This document shows positions 37,685 to 47,723 of a DNA stretch of 64,000 nucleotides, piece by piece. A program made the translations under genes and the position numbers. How positions within the stretch are numbered: the first letter of the stretch is position 1; each line of letters starts with the position of its first letter. The notes below the pieces were generated by a model. It was not told where the DNA came from, made no database searches, and was given only the letters and a program-made list of their open reading frames with translations. The stretch is from Bacteroidota bacterium (GTDB lineage Bacteria > Bacteroidota > Bacteroidia > Bacteroidales > UBA7960): the NCBI GenBank assembly GCA_007693555.1, contig REDJ01000102.1, positions 23,893 through 87,892 of the forward strand, in the 5' to 3' direction.

Positions 37685-37954
37685 AGCATCAGGTTTTGGT
37701 TTATAAATCTATTATAAATGCTAATCAACACTTTGCGCGCAAAGAGCGAAAAAAACCGGTGTTTAGTATAATAACGATATGTTTTTGTAAAATATTGTTA
37801 ATGCAAAATCAGAATATATGTCTTTTTTAAATTCTGAGTATACGAATAAGAAAGGTTAATTAAACCATTTGGCGGATATCATTGTTGGTTATCCTAAATA
37901 ACAGGAAAATCTTCCTGATACAATAAATTGTTTTCACTAATTTTTTTAATAATA

Positions 37955-38569
37955 ATGCACGAATATAAAATTACTGAACGCGGCGTTCCACTTGATAAGG
38001 CAGAAAAAGCTATCATTTTAATTCATGGCAGGGGCGCACCCCCGGAAGATATTCTGTCGTTGGCAGATTTTTTTGAAACCCAAAAATCATATATCGTTGC
38101 ACCGGAAGCAACCCATTATGTGTGGTATCCGCTTAGTTTCCTTGCCCCGAGAGATCAAAACCAACCCTGGCTTGATAGTGCTCTTGAAAACATTAACAGA
38201 CTCATAAATGATATCCAAAAACACATTACCACCGAAAATATCTTTATAATGGGCTTTTCCCAGGGTGCTTGCCTTACGGCGGAAGTTACCTCACGGAATG
38301 CTCAGAAATACGGGGGTATTGCAATTTTTACCGGTGGCCTGATTGGAGCCGAAATTGACAGCAAAAACTATGAAGGAAACTTTGACGGCACCCCGGTTTA
38401 TCTGAGCAACGGAGATAACGACCCACATATCCCCTTGAAAAGGACAGAAGACACCTTCGAAATTCTCGGGCAAATGGGGGCAAAGGTTACCAAAGAAATC
38501 TTGCACGGCCGACCACACACTATCCAGATGCAGGAAATTGACAAAGTAAAGCAACTTTTCGGCTTATAA
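37955..38569 (+). CDS. Phospholipase/carboxylesterase-family alpha/beta hydrolase
   Basis: 'ILIHGRGA' and the nucleophile elbow 'GFSQGAC', plus 'NGDNDPHIP' and 'RPHTI'. Start chosen at MHEYKI. Confidence 0.75.
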   Translation: MHEYKITERGVPLDKAEKAIILIHGRGAPPEDILSLADFFETQKSYIVAPEATHYVWYPLSFLAPRDQNQPWLDSALENINRLINDIQKHITTENIFIMGFSQGACLTAEVTSRNAQKYGGIAIFTGGLIGAEIDSKNYEGNFDGTPVYLSNGDNDPHIPLKRTEDTFEILGQMGAKVTKEILHGRPHTIQMQEIDKVKQLFGL

Positions 38570-38660
38570 ATTTTTCATAAGCTGAAATTAATAACTTGCC
38601 TGAAGAGGCTTATTACCTTTTGTTTTAGATTTTTTGAATTTCTCGCCCGGCTATAATTGC

Positions 38661-38668
38661 TATCTTTG
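38661..38668 (+). promoter_or_regulatory. TAnnTTTG -7-like motif (TATCTTTG)
   Basis: Consensus match 73 nt upstream of the ATG at 38741. Confidence 0.25.
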
Positions 38669-38740
38669 CGGCTATTCTTTTGATTTTTCAAGGAATTATT
38701 CAAAAAGGGAGCCGGTAAAACTTACATTAATTAATCTCGT

Positions 38741-39628
38741 ATGTCAAAAATTCTGAGAATTTCATTCATAGTGCTGATTTTCATATCTGCCTGCTCCACC
38801 CCCAGGCAGTTAACTGAACTAATTGTCAATGCCGGCGAGGCATTCAAATCTGAGGATTACAATGAATCACTCAGGTTGTTCGAAGAATTTATGGCAAGTC
38901 AAAATAATGACCCGTTGCATATTCCCGACAGCATCTACAGGGGAGCCGGATTATCTGCTTTCAACCTTGAAAAATCTGACAAAGCACTGCGATATCTCAA
39001 TCAGATCAGGCACTCTGAAGTTGCCGACTACAAGGTGCATTTTGCCCTGGCCCACCTTAACCGCGAAATTGATAATCTTTCAAGGGAAATAACTGCACTT
39101 GAATCTTATTTTGAGACCAAACCCGCTGATAAGCCTGACCGGGAACTAAAAAAGAGACTTTTTGAAACCTATGTTGAGAGTAGAAATTATGAAAAAGCCC
39201 TCGAAGTGTGGGCTGAAATAGAAACCTATGCCTCAAAAAATGAAAAACTGCTTAACCGGTATTTCAGCATCAATCAGGCTTTGGAAAATGAAGAAAATCT
39301 TGATTATATAGCCCGGGATTTACTGGCTTTAAATCCCAATAATACGGATGCATTGTTTCATCTTGCAAAACATTATTTCTGGCGGGCAGAAAACCGATAT
39401 CAATCAGAAATGGAAACATACGAGCGTAACCGCACACACAGGCAGTATGCACAATTATTAAGGGCTTTTGAAGTTTTAAATGCCGATTTTCATACTTCTC
39501 TGAATTATTTCCTGCGGCTTTACAAAATGGACCCAAAACCCAGCTATGCCCGCTACATCGGAAATATTTACCTGCGATTTGATGATAAAAGCAAGGCCAG
39601 ATATTATCATGGCAAGGCAGAAGGGTGA
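38741..39628 (+). CDS. Hypothetical helical-repeat (TPR-like) lipoprotein
   Basis: Lipobox 'FISACS' and helical repeat character. No family recognised. Confidence 0.5.
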   Translation: MSKILRISFIVLIFISACSTPRQLTELIVNAGEAFKSEDYNESLRLFEEFMASQNNDPLHIPDSIYRGAGLSAFNLEKSDKALRYLNQIRHSEVADYKVHFALAHLNREIDNLSREITALESYFETKPADKPDRELKKRLFETYVESRNYEKALEVWAEIETYASKNEKLLNRYFSINQALENEENLDYIARDLLALNPNNTDALFHLAKHYFWRAENRYQSEMETYERNRTHRQYAQLLRAFEVLNADFHTSLNYFLRLYKMDPKPSYARYIGNIYLRFDDKSKARYYHGKAEG

Positions 39629-39687
39629 AAGACAGGTTAAGATCAAGGTTGAGGTCGGGTAAAAGTTGAGAATGAACCCTATCTGTT

Positions 39688-40344
39688 TTACTGAATGTTT
39701 CTCTTCACCGGCCATTTATGCATTTTCTCCGACTCAATTATGTTCATGCCCGAAGGGGCTTTCTTCATAGTATCAATCATACAGCCTGCAACCTGCGAGG
39801 CATGAATTCCCCTATAACGCTTTGGGAAAAGAAACCACAATGCCCGAACAAAGACTTTTCCGACTTCCTCTCCGGTACGGAATTCCTTTCTTGGCCCAAG
39901 TAGCATGGATGGTCTGTGGATTTGAAGTGAACGAAACGGAATTTCCTGAAGCTTTACCTCTACTTCGCCTTTTACCCGGTTGTAAAATATCTTTGATTTG
40001 CTGTTAGACCCAATGGCTGTTACAATACTGAAATTCTGAGCCCCTGCTTTTTGCGTGCCCTGAGCTATCTGTAACGGATAGTCAAAATCAACTTTTATAA
40101 AAGCTTCTTTTGAGCCTGCGTTTTTGATGGTTGTGCCCAGGCAGCAGTATACATCATCTACTTTCAGTTTTTCAATTTCAGGATTTTCATAATCATATAT
40201 GATCTGCTCCAAAGCAGGATGATTCAAATCAACCGGCTTTCTAACAAGAATTTTCACCTTATCGTAATATCCATCATCCAGAAGCATTTTTACAAGAAAA
40301 GAGCCTACCAGACCGGTGGCTCCTGAAATTAGTGCGGTTTTCAT
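39688..40344 (-). CDS. NAD(P)-binding Rossmann protein (atypical SDR / NAD(P)H-binding family)
   Basis: 'MKTALISGATGLVGSFL' is a glycine-rich dinucleotide motif. Length is about 218 aa. Confidence 0.75.
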   Translation of the reverse strand: MKTALISGATGLVGSFLVKMLLDDGYYDKVKILVRKPVDLNHPALEQIIYDYENPEIEKLKVDDVYCCLGTTIKNAGSKEAFIKVDFDYPLQIAQGTQKAGAQNFSIVTAIGSNSKSKIFYNRVKGEVEVKLQEIPFRSLQIHRPSMLLGPRKEFRTGEEVGKVFVRALWFLFPKRYRGIHASQVAGCMIDTMKKAPSGMNIIESEKMHKWPVKRNIQ

Positions 40345-40420
40345 ATTATATCACCTGATTGTTATCACTCTATTTTCAAACGAAAAAAGAAAGCTTTGAA
40401 GTTGTTTAAACCTATGTTGA

Positions 40421-41272
40421 TTAGAAAAGTTTCTTTTCTTCAACCTGCAGGATTTCCATACTTGAATTCATTACATAAACCACCACGGAACAATTCGCTG
40501 CAACCCAGTCCGAATCGAGATTAAAATTATAATTCCGGTGCTGTGAATCATCAACACCAAACAATCCTTCACTGATCTTTTCACCCCAAATATCAGTGAT
40601 ACCCTTTCTAAGCACATGATTATGCACATAATCCAGTATTTCGCCATCAGGATAATCGGGGTGATTGATTTTCTGCGGTTTAATAATTCCGTCCTCAATT
40701 ACAAGAGCCACAAGATAAATTTCACCTTCCTGGTCTTTCAGGGATGTAACACCGGCATCGAGCCTGTAATTTCCTCCCGACATATTGGTAATTCCGATAT
40801 CCAGTCTGAAACCGGGTTCTGCATCCTCTATTACCTGCATTGCTGAACCCCATGATGCCGGGGTCAGCAGCAATGCTCCTTCAAACTCGGTGCGATTTAC
40901 CATACCAATAGGATTCTGTGTAATTCCGAAGTGATTATTCAACGCAGTTCCTTCCGGTGTTCTGAAATCATAATTAAAGGGTTCACTCATTGGGTTGGCA
41001 AAAAAACCTGCATGAACAGATACAATAACTAACCTGTCGCCATAAAAATTCTTCAGCGTTTTGGCAATTTGGCTTCCTGCAGGACAATTTGGGCAGCGAT
41101 GCCCTGTAAACTCTTCCAAAAGAAATTTATGAATTACTTCCACTTCGCCATTTTCACCGTTGTCACCATTTTGTTGTGTGGTAGTCATATAGGGTGGTTC
41201 TATGATATCGCAACTAACAAATAGCAGGATAAAAAAAAGAACTCCGGGAATTACCAATTTAAAGAGTTTCAT
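40421..41272 (-). CDS. Omp28-related outer-membrane lipoprotein with a CxxC motif
   Basis: Lipobox 'LLFVSC'. 'LLEEFTGHRCPNCPAGS…VIVSVHAG' is characteristic of the Omp28-related family. It aligns by eye with the N-terminus of the 45039..47408 product. Confidence 0.7.
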   Translation of the reverse strand: MKLFKLVIPGVLFFILLFVSCDIIEPPYMTTTQQNGDNGENGEVEVIHKFLLEEFTGHRCPNCPAGSQIAKTLKNFYGDRLVIVSVHAGFFANPMSEPFNYDFRTPEGTALNNHFGITQNPIGMVNRTEFEGALLLTPASWGSAMQVIEDAEPGFRLDIGITNMSGGNYRLDAGVTSLKDQEGEIYLVALVIEDGIIKPQKINHPDYPDGEILDYVHNHVLRKGITDIWGEKISEGLFGVDDSQHRNYNFNLDSDWVAANCSVVVYVMNSSMEILQVEEKKLF

Positions 41273-41291
41273 ATTTCAGGAAATTTTTTCA

Positions 41292-42953
41292 TTAAAAACT
41301 ACTTGTAACGCTCAAAGTAAATCCTGTGGATGCCGGAACAACTCTGCACACTCCACCAATACATATGATTCCTTCGCGCTGGCGACCCCAGCCCAGGGCA
41401 AATCGATTGGCATTTTTGTTATAACCCATATTTATGGTATAGTAGTGCAATTGCCGGTCGCTGTCATCATTTCCATAGTTGTACTGGTCCGATACTGCAA
41501 AAAACCAATTGGGAGAAATATTGTACTCAAGCAGCAACATGGCCCAGTTGCCATTATCCTGCGCGGTTGATAAATGCTGAACTTCCCACCTGAGTGATCT
41601 TCTGCGCTCAAGCCTCAAAGTCATATCGGCTACAAAAATATGTGCCTTAACATTTTCCTTATCCAGGTACCCTTCAATCACATTCTGGTTGTAAAACAAA
41701 TTCATATAAGTAAAAGTACCCCTGAGATTTCTGCTGAACCTGCGGCTGACCTCAATGTTAAAGTCCTGGAAGTATTTTTCGTCACCCAGGGCAAAAAACC
41801 GTGAAGTGTAACCATCGGTTCCCGGCTGGCCAATTGCGATAGTATCACTAATGGGTTGCTTATCAATAGAATTTGCAATGCTTGAATTGATGGTGATTGT
41901 GGTACCAAAAGGTCCGCCAAGCAAGGATTCTCTGGGCAACCTGAACGTGAGTTCAGCCAGAGCACCTATTTCGCCGGTTGGTTGGGTAGCATAGGGATAC
42001 ATCCCTGTAAGACTGTAAAGATGTTGCCGTGTCATTGCCGGCAGATAATTGATGTGCAGGTCATTTACTGTTGCATTTCTGTTGGACCGGAAACCCATAT
42101 TGTCAATTCTTTTAGCAGAGAGCAGCAATCCGAACCCAGTGAAAGAATAGGAGCTGCTAACCATCAGAGCTTCACCATGGCGGTAAATAAAATTATTATC
42201 AGCTGATGGGTCATTGGCCTTCCAGGCGTACTCTGAATTGATATTAAGTCCGCCACGGGTAAAATTCAACCGGCCTGCAAAAGCTGCTACATTCTCAGGT
42301 AAAATAAAAATAGGATCCAAATCTCTCTGATATTTGCTTACACCACTCAGACCTACTATCCATTGATTTTGTATTTCTGAAAGCCTGCCGAATGCCTGAT
42401 TCAGATGAATCTCAGCATCACCTCCCCTGACAATTCCCGGCCCTTTATCCCAGTAAAACCTTTGCTGGCCTATAAGCGTGCGGAGTGTAACACCGCCAGC
42501 CGGACGATAGAGCAACCTTATGCCGTCAAATGAATTATCAAGACCCAGATTGGGTTCCACATAACTTCTCAGCACCATCCCGTTTCCGTATTGCTCATAA
42601 AAATTCCCCAGGGTAACCTCCAGGTTATCCTGGGTATAGCTGGCAAACCGGTAAGGAATTCCGCTGCCACGGAACCGAGAGTCAAAACCCAGCAATGGAT
42701 TCTGGTAGCTTTCATATCTCATACCCACTGTGAAACCCCGGAACTCAGCGTTGATGTTAGCGAAGGCATTCATAAGTATTTTTTCCGGTACTTCAGGTGC
42801 CCCGATAAGAGTATCGCTTTGGTAGTATTGAGCGTCCATCTGAAAATTTCCCCAAATTCTTGTGCCCGGAAGTAATTCCTGCGCCAAAACAGTTGTCCCC
42901 ATAAGCATTCCAACCATCAGGATCAGAACTGCAAATTCCCCTCTTTTTATCAT
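41292..42953 (-). CDS. Large outer-membrane beta-barrel protein (I recall this family as DUF6029; not verified)
   Basis: Signal peptide …TVLAQ, strand-like alternation throughout, 'VTLGNFYEQYGNGMVLRSY', and a C-terminal '…VTSSF'. Confidence 0.6.
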   Translation of the reverse strand: MIKRGEFAVLILMVGMLMGTTVLAQELLPGTRIWGNFQMDAQYYQSDTLIGAPEVPEKILMNAFANINAEFRGFTVGMRYESYQNPLLGFDSRFRGSGIPYRFASYTQDNLEVTLGNFYEQYGNGMVLRSYVEPNLGLDNSFDGIRLLYRPAGGVTLRTLIGQQRFYWDKGPGIVRGGDAEIHLNQAFGRLSEIQNQWIVGLSGVSKYQRDLDPIFILPENVAAFAGRLNFTRGGLNINSEYAWKANDPSADNNFIYRHGEALMVSSSYSFTGFGLLLSAKRIDNMGFRSNRNATVNDLHINYLPAMTRQHLYSLTGMYPYATQPTGEIGALAELTFRLPRESLLGGPFGTTITINSSIANSIDKQPISDTIAIGQPGTDGYTSRFFALGDEKYFQDFNIEVSRRFSRNLRGTFTYMNLFYNQNVIEGYLDKENVKAHIFVADMTLRLERRRSLRWEVQHLSTAQDNGNWAMLLLEYNISPNWFFAVSDQYNYGNDDSDRQLHYYTINMGYNKNANRFALGWGRQREGIICIGGVCRVVPASTGFTLSVTSSF

Positions 42954-42957
42954 GATT

Positions 42958-43473
42958 TTATTCGTTTTCCAAAAGCTCTATGAGTTTATCAAGCATTTCC
43001 CATTCCATGCCATCGGCAAATGATGTATGTTGGCTTACGATTTCACCTTTTCCATTAATTATGAATGTGTGGGGCACCATATTAACACCCATGGTACGTC
43101 GGAAATCTCCGTTTTCATCATGATAAAACTCATATTCCCAGCCACGCCCGTTTACCATGGGCAGAATGTTGGCCCGTGTGCGGGCATCGTCAGTGCTGAC
43201 AGCAATTACTTTGAAACCCATATCCTGCCATTCGTCATAGATCTCGGCGATGGCGTTGAGTTCTTTTATACAGGGCCGGCACCACGTTGCCCAGAAGCTT
43301 AAAACGAAAGGCTTACCATCATTTTCAAAAGCTGATGTTTGGAAATCACGCCCGTCAAGTGTTTTGATTGTATGATCAGGAATAGTGCGCGCACCTGTTC
43401 CTTGAGAAAAACTGTAGGTTACAATCAGTATCAGGGCGAACCCTGTAAAAAAATGTTTAAATTTTGCTATCAT
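42958..43473 (-). CDS. TlpA-family thiol:disulfide oxidoreductase (thioredoxin-like, exported)
   Basis: Signal or anchor segment, then 'PFVLSFWATWCRPCIKELNAI' and 'VPHTFIINGKGEIV'. Confidence 0.88.
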   Translation of the reverse strand: MIAKFKHFFTGFALILIVTYSFSQGTGARTIPDHTIKTLDGRDFQTSAFENDGKPFVLSFWATWCRPCIKELNAIAEIYDEWQDMGFKVIAVSTDDARTRANILPMVNGRGWEYEFYHDENGDFRRTMGVNMVPHTFIINGKGEIVSQHTSFADGMEWEMLDKLIELLENE

Positions 43474-43511
43474 GTTTGATATCGATTAAGTTGATTGATT
43501 TAAGCTTCGGT

Positions 43512-44888
43512 TTATCTTATTATGGAGATTTTTTCCCTGAAGATCTGGTTCCCTGATTCAATTAATAAATAATAAACCCCGGCAGAAATGTCACTGACAT
43601 CAATTTGATATGTATTTTGCAGGGTTTTAATAAGTCTTCCCTGCAAATCAAATACCATAATTTGTTCAGGTGTCACAAAATTCATATCGCCCCTGAGTCT
43701 GATGAACTGGTTTGCAGGATTGGGGTACACCACAAACGGGTTTTTTTCAGAAAGTCCTGAAATATACGTAGCGTCATCTCCATCATCATCTTCAGGTGCC
43801 TCATATTCAAGCCTTAAAACCTGCGAAATCTCTGTGGTACCCATTTCCTGGACAAAAGCTATCAAACTCATATTTTCCGTTTCAAGGCTTTCAAACCAGG
43901 GCATAACAAAATCTTTTGAAAAGGTTGTTTTATTCTCTTCAGCAACAAGTTTTGTGCCTTGTGCATCTGGTGCAAAAAACCTCATTACATGATAAAAATC
44001 CTTCTCATGATTTGAGCCTGGCGGTTCATCAAAATGCACACTCTCCTCAATACCTGCAATCAAGAGTCTATAATCTTTATCGGTTGTATTAACAAATATT
44101 TCTCCTTCAAGGGTAATAAATAAGGAATCGTTTTCCACATACCAGTTTCCATCCAGAGAGAAACCTGCCCACTTCTGCAATTCCAGTTGCATAAGCATTT
44201 CTTCAACTCCTTCACTTCCTCCCTTATAAAGGTTTCCTATGGCTGACCAGGGTGTATAAAAGACATCGTAATAGTCACGCCGGATATTTTGATCTTTTGG
44301 GTTAAAGTTATACAATGGGCTGTTCTCATAATGCAATGGATGATAATAGATTTTAACAAACTTATCATCATTTTCATCCACAATCTTTCTTAATGCCGGA
44401 GTAACAGTGGCACAACTCCCGCAATTGATACTTGAGAAACTCTCAAGCAGGGCCATTTGTCTTTCAGCCAGATGATCATAAACCTCCACAAAAACACTTA
44501 CTGTATCACTAACACCCTCATCAGGAGCACCCCCGTTAAGTTCAGTAAACCAAATTTTGATTTCATGCTCACCTTCGTTTTCAGGAATCCACTTTTCACT
44601 TACTAAATATCTGAATGGTACATAAGGATTAACATTAATATTATCAAATAACTCAGAAGCCGGTTCTTCTCCATTTACCTGATAATGTATCCTGATTGAC
44701 ATCAGGGGATTGTTCCCCAGATAGGCTATCTCTCCACGCAGTTCATACTCTTCATGGACTTTGTGAATGGGACCGCCAAAGAAATTGTCAATCCTGATGA
44801 CGTAGGTTTTGTCACCGGCAATGGCAAAACTCAGGATAAAAAATATTGTAAATAAGGAAATTGTGATGCGTAATATATTATTTTTCAT
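43512..44888 (-). CDS. T9SS-sorted protein with a divergent Omp28-like CxxC domain
   Basis: Start chosen at MKNNILRITISLFTIFFILSFAIAG. 'LLESFSSINCGSCATVTP' and 'DFYHVMRF' align with the other two paralogues. C-terminus 'VVYPNPANQFIRL…GVYYLLIES'. Confidence 0.6.
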   Translation of the reverse strand: MKNNILRITISLFTIFFILSFAIAGDKTYVIRIDNFFGGPIHKVHEEYELRGEIAYLGNNPLMSIRIHYQVNGEEPASELFDNINVNPYVPFRYLVSEKWIPENEGEHEIKIWFTELNGGAPDEGVSDTVSVFVEVYDHLAERQMALLESFSSINCGSCATVTPALRKIVDENDDKFVKIYYHPLHYENSPLYNFNPKDQNIRRDYYDVFYTPWSAIGNLYKGGSEGVEEMLMQLELQKWAGFSLDGNWYVENDSLFITLEGEIFVNTTDKDYRLLIAGIEESVHFDEPPGSNHEKDFYHVMRFFAPDAQGTKLVAEENKTTFSKDFVMPWFESLETENMSLIAFVQEMGTTEISQVLRLEYEAPEDDDGDDATYISGLSEKNPFVVYPNPANQFIRLRGDMNFVTPEQIMVFDLQGRLIKTLQNTYQIDVSDISAGVYYLLIESGNQIFREKISIIR

Positions 44889-45038
44889 AAATGTAAAATT
44901 TAATCTAAACTGATGACAGGGAGAAAATCCAGTTTTGTCTGGCACCCCCTGTCACCATGTTTTTCAGATATTTGACTTTTATGAAGTTACGAATTATTTC
45001 CTTTTTAATCAAATATCCGGACTATTGCATCTCTTAAC

Positions 45039-47408
45039 TTATTGAACTACAGTTATTTTTTTCCGTGCAATCTTTCCATCAGCGAATATTTCAACAAAAT
45101 AGATGCCTGCTGAAAACTGCGAAGTATCAATTTTAACACTTGATCCCTGTGTACGTGTTTCATAGGCAAGCTGCCCGTTTATATGGAACAGCCTGATGTT
45201 TACATCGCTGTGAACCGGAGGCAACTCAATGAATATATCGCCTTTGGCGGGATTTGGGAAAATACTTATGGAAGCCGGATCAAATTCATTCACAAATAAA
45301 GCTTCTTCCGTTGTAAATGAGATGTAAACCGGTTCACTGATTTCATCATCCACTCCCATTAAAGCATCTATACCAAGAACATATAACTGATTGTTAGCCA
45401 GATTTGCAAGAGGGCTAACAGTGATTTGGGTTTTTTCGCTGTTTATGGTTGCAGTATAGTTGACCGCATCACCGTGCATGTCATCTTTACGGAAGGTGAG
45501 CAGTTGCCCGATATTCAGGATAGTGATATTCGAACCATCTGCGTGACGTACAGATTGATTGAATTCAATGGTAAATGTATGATTAACAGGAACATCTGAT
45601 TCATGGTCCATTATATCAAACGTGGCAACCGGTGCACCCAGGGATTCGCGCGTAGTAAAGGTTATACTTACAGGTTCGGATATTACTCCATTTGCTCCTA
45701 AAACCGGTGAAATTTCAATAAAATACTGGGTATTGAAATCAAGAATTACATCCGGAATAATGGAAATAGTCTTCTTATCTTCACTAATTGTAGCAGTGAA
45801 TGCTACCGGAGTGCCTGATTTATCAATTTGTGTATAAGTTATGAGTTCATGAACATTGGCATTGGTGATTTCTGTTCCGTCGGTAAAAGTAACTGGTAAG
45901 CTAAAGGTTACATTCACTTCTCCATCAAGTTCTATTCCCTCACTAAGGTCGTCAACATCAAAATTGATTAATAAATCTTCTTCCATCACTCTAAACTTTC
46001 TGGATGCAATAAATGTAAAACTGTTACCTGGTATATTTAACAGTATTTCTCCATCATCAATTATCCTTATATAACCACCTCCAAGTATCCCATCACCGAA
46101 GGAGTCATTTATAGTTAATTTGTAATTACCTAATGGAAGTGAAACATCATGATTATGGGTATTTGTAGCGTTTGGGTATGGCCCTCCATTGGCAACAACT
46201 GCACCCTCTTGCGTCGTAATGTTCCATGTAGTTTCACTACCATACTGATCTGTTCTAACCTGCACGACAAGATCATTATTTGATGTGCCGGGTGCCAGAG
46301 CAAAATTAACAGTAATACTGTTATCCTCTGGGCTGTCGTCTTCATTTAAGATGTTAATTACCAGCTCATTCTGTTCAAGAATATCAAACTGTATCTCAGG
46401 CAGAGTAACTTCTTCAGTTTGTCCGAAATTTAACGAACCTGTCCATTCATACGTATGAACACTACCATCATTTACGTAATATTCTATATCAAGTGAAGTA
46501 AGTTCCTGGCAATAGCTCTTAATCTCAAAAACCGGTTCTAGTATACCATCCCATAGTTCGGAAGGAATAGAATGGCCTGAAATAGCATATTCAAATTCAG
46601 GAGCATTAATAAAAAAAGGTGAAACCTGAACACCGGAAATTATTACCTGTGTATTTTCAGCCACAAATACTGCAACTCTCATATTTTCAAGTTCAGCAGG
46701 TACTTGATTGTAATTATCAGGAATAGTATAATTAAAGGTTTCTGAATGCAGTGAGCCTTCCGTTGTAGTGGTAATATCAACACCCCATTGGCCGCTTATT
46801 AAGTGTACGAGGCGATTATTATGCTCGTAATCGGGGCCACCACCAGACTGAAAAGCATAAGTCTTGTCCTGAAGAAGGGCTACGTTAAGTTTATTGGTAG
46901 AAAAAGGGCTGTTTCCAGTGTAATAAACTTCCACATTTACTGTCAATTCACGGGTTTCTAAATCAATTTGTGCTTCTGCACCCACATTAAGATATGATGG
47001 CTGAGCCAAAATCTGATTGGAAGCATTAGTCCAGTTTCCTCTTCCCATGCCTGTTCCACCTGGAGTCATTTCAAGACCGGGAAAAACATGCCTGTTTACT
47101 GTTCCTCCAGGAAATCCGGTTATTCCGGTTTGCGCTAACAATGAAGGACCAAATGGAGTTCTGAAATCAGGTTGTCCGGCCTGGGGATTCGCAAACCCAC
47201 CTGCATGCACTGCAATAACAACAACACGATCGGGGTTTGCATTGTAAATCTGGTTGGCAATGGTTGAACCTTGTGGACAAAAAACACAGTTTATTCCAGT
47301 ATATTGCTCAAGAATAACATTTTTATTTTGTGGTTCAGTATCAACAATGGTTTGCCCGTAAACAAACAAAGGTAAAACTAATAATAGAGTAGAGATTACT
47401 TTTTTCAT
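45039..47408 (-). CDS. T9SS-sorted protein: N-terminal Omp28-like CxxC domain, two Ig-like (SbsA-Ig type) domains and a sorting domain
   Basis: Signal peptide. 'ILEQYTGINCVFCPQGS…VVIAVHAGGFANP'. Tandem roughly 95-aa repeats ending '…EPVSITFTTRE' and '…EPVYISFTTEE'. C-terminus 'SIFPNPAKGDIFI…GIYFVEIFA'. Confidence 0.7.
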   Translation of the reverse strand: MKKVISTLLLVLPLFVYGQTIVDTEPQNKNVILEQYTGINCVFCPQGSTIANQIYNANPDRVVVIAVHAGGFANPQAGQPDFRTPFGPSLLAQTGITGFPGGTVNRHVFPGLEMTPGGTGMGRGNWTNASNQILAQPSYLNVGAEAQIDLETRELTVNVEVYYTGNSPFSTNKLNVALLQDKTYAFQSGGGPDYEHNNRLVHLISGQWGVDITTTTEGSLHSETFNYTIPDNYNQVPAELENMRVAVFVAENTQVIISGVQVSPFFINAPEFEYAISGHSIPSELWDGILEPVFEIKSYCQELTSLDIEYYVNDGSVHTYEWTGSLNFGQTEEVTLPEIQFDILEQNELVINILNEDDSPEDNSITVNFALAPGTSNNDLVVQVRTDQYGSETTWNITTQEGAVVANGGPYPNATNTHNHDVSLPLGNYKLTINDSFGDGILGGGYIRIIDDGEILLNIPGNSFTFIASRKFRVMEEDLLINFDVDDLSEGIELDGEVNVTFSLPVTFTDGTEITNANVHELITYTQIDKSGTPVAFTATISEDKKTISIIPDVILDFNTQYFIEISPVLGANGVISEPVSITFTTRESLGAPVATFDIMDHESDVPVNHTFTIEFNQSVRHADGSNITILNIGQLLTFRKDDMHGDAVNYTATINSEKTQITVSPLANLANNQLYVLGIDALMGVDDEISEPVYISFTTEEALFVNEFDPASISIFPNPAKGDIFIELPPVHSDVNIRLFHINGQLAYETRTQGSSVKIDTSQFSAGIYFVEIFADGKIARKKITVVQ

Positions 47409-47634
47409 TATTAATTGGTTTTGGTTAAAACTGATTGTAAGATTTTTTTCTGATCATGCAAAGTTAAAACAATTTAAAAATATTTATAAATAAATGATTA
47501 ATTAAAAAAAAGTATTAATATCTGCCGTTTTTATATCAAGCTGATTTTTAATATCTTTATAAAATTACAAATTTGAAATTTTAATTTTCCGTATCAGTTA
47601 TTGGTCTGATTATTGCTTGAAAAATTATAATTGT

Positions 47635-47642
47635 TAACTTTG
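47635..47642 (+). promoter_or_regulatory. TAnnTTTG -7-like motif (TAACTTTG) in the 315-bp AT-rich divergent region
   Basis: Consensus match 82 nt upstream of the ATG at 47724. Confidence 0.25.
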
Positions 47643-47723
47643 CAAATATTACGTTAAGATAAAGTAAAACCATAATTTAGGTACATTTTATCTTTTAAAT
47701 GAAATCACCAAATATATACGACT

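Noticed and set aside
41202-41570. 122-aa plus-strand ORF
   Set aside because: It is antisense across the junction between the Omp28-like lipoprotein and barrel genes, and it has no supporting features.
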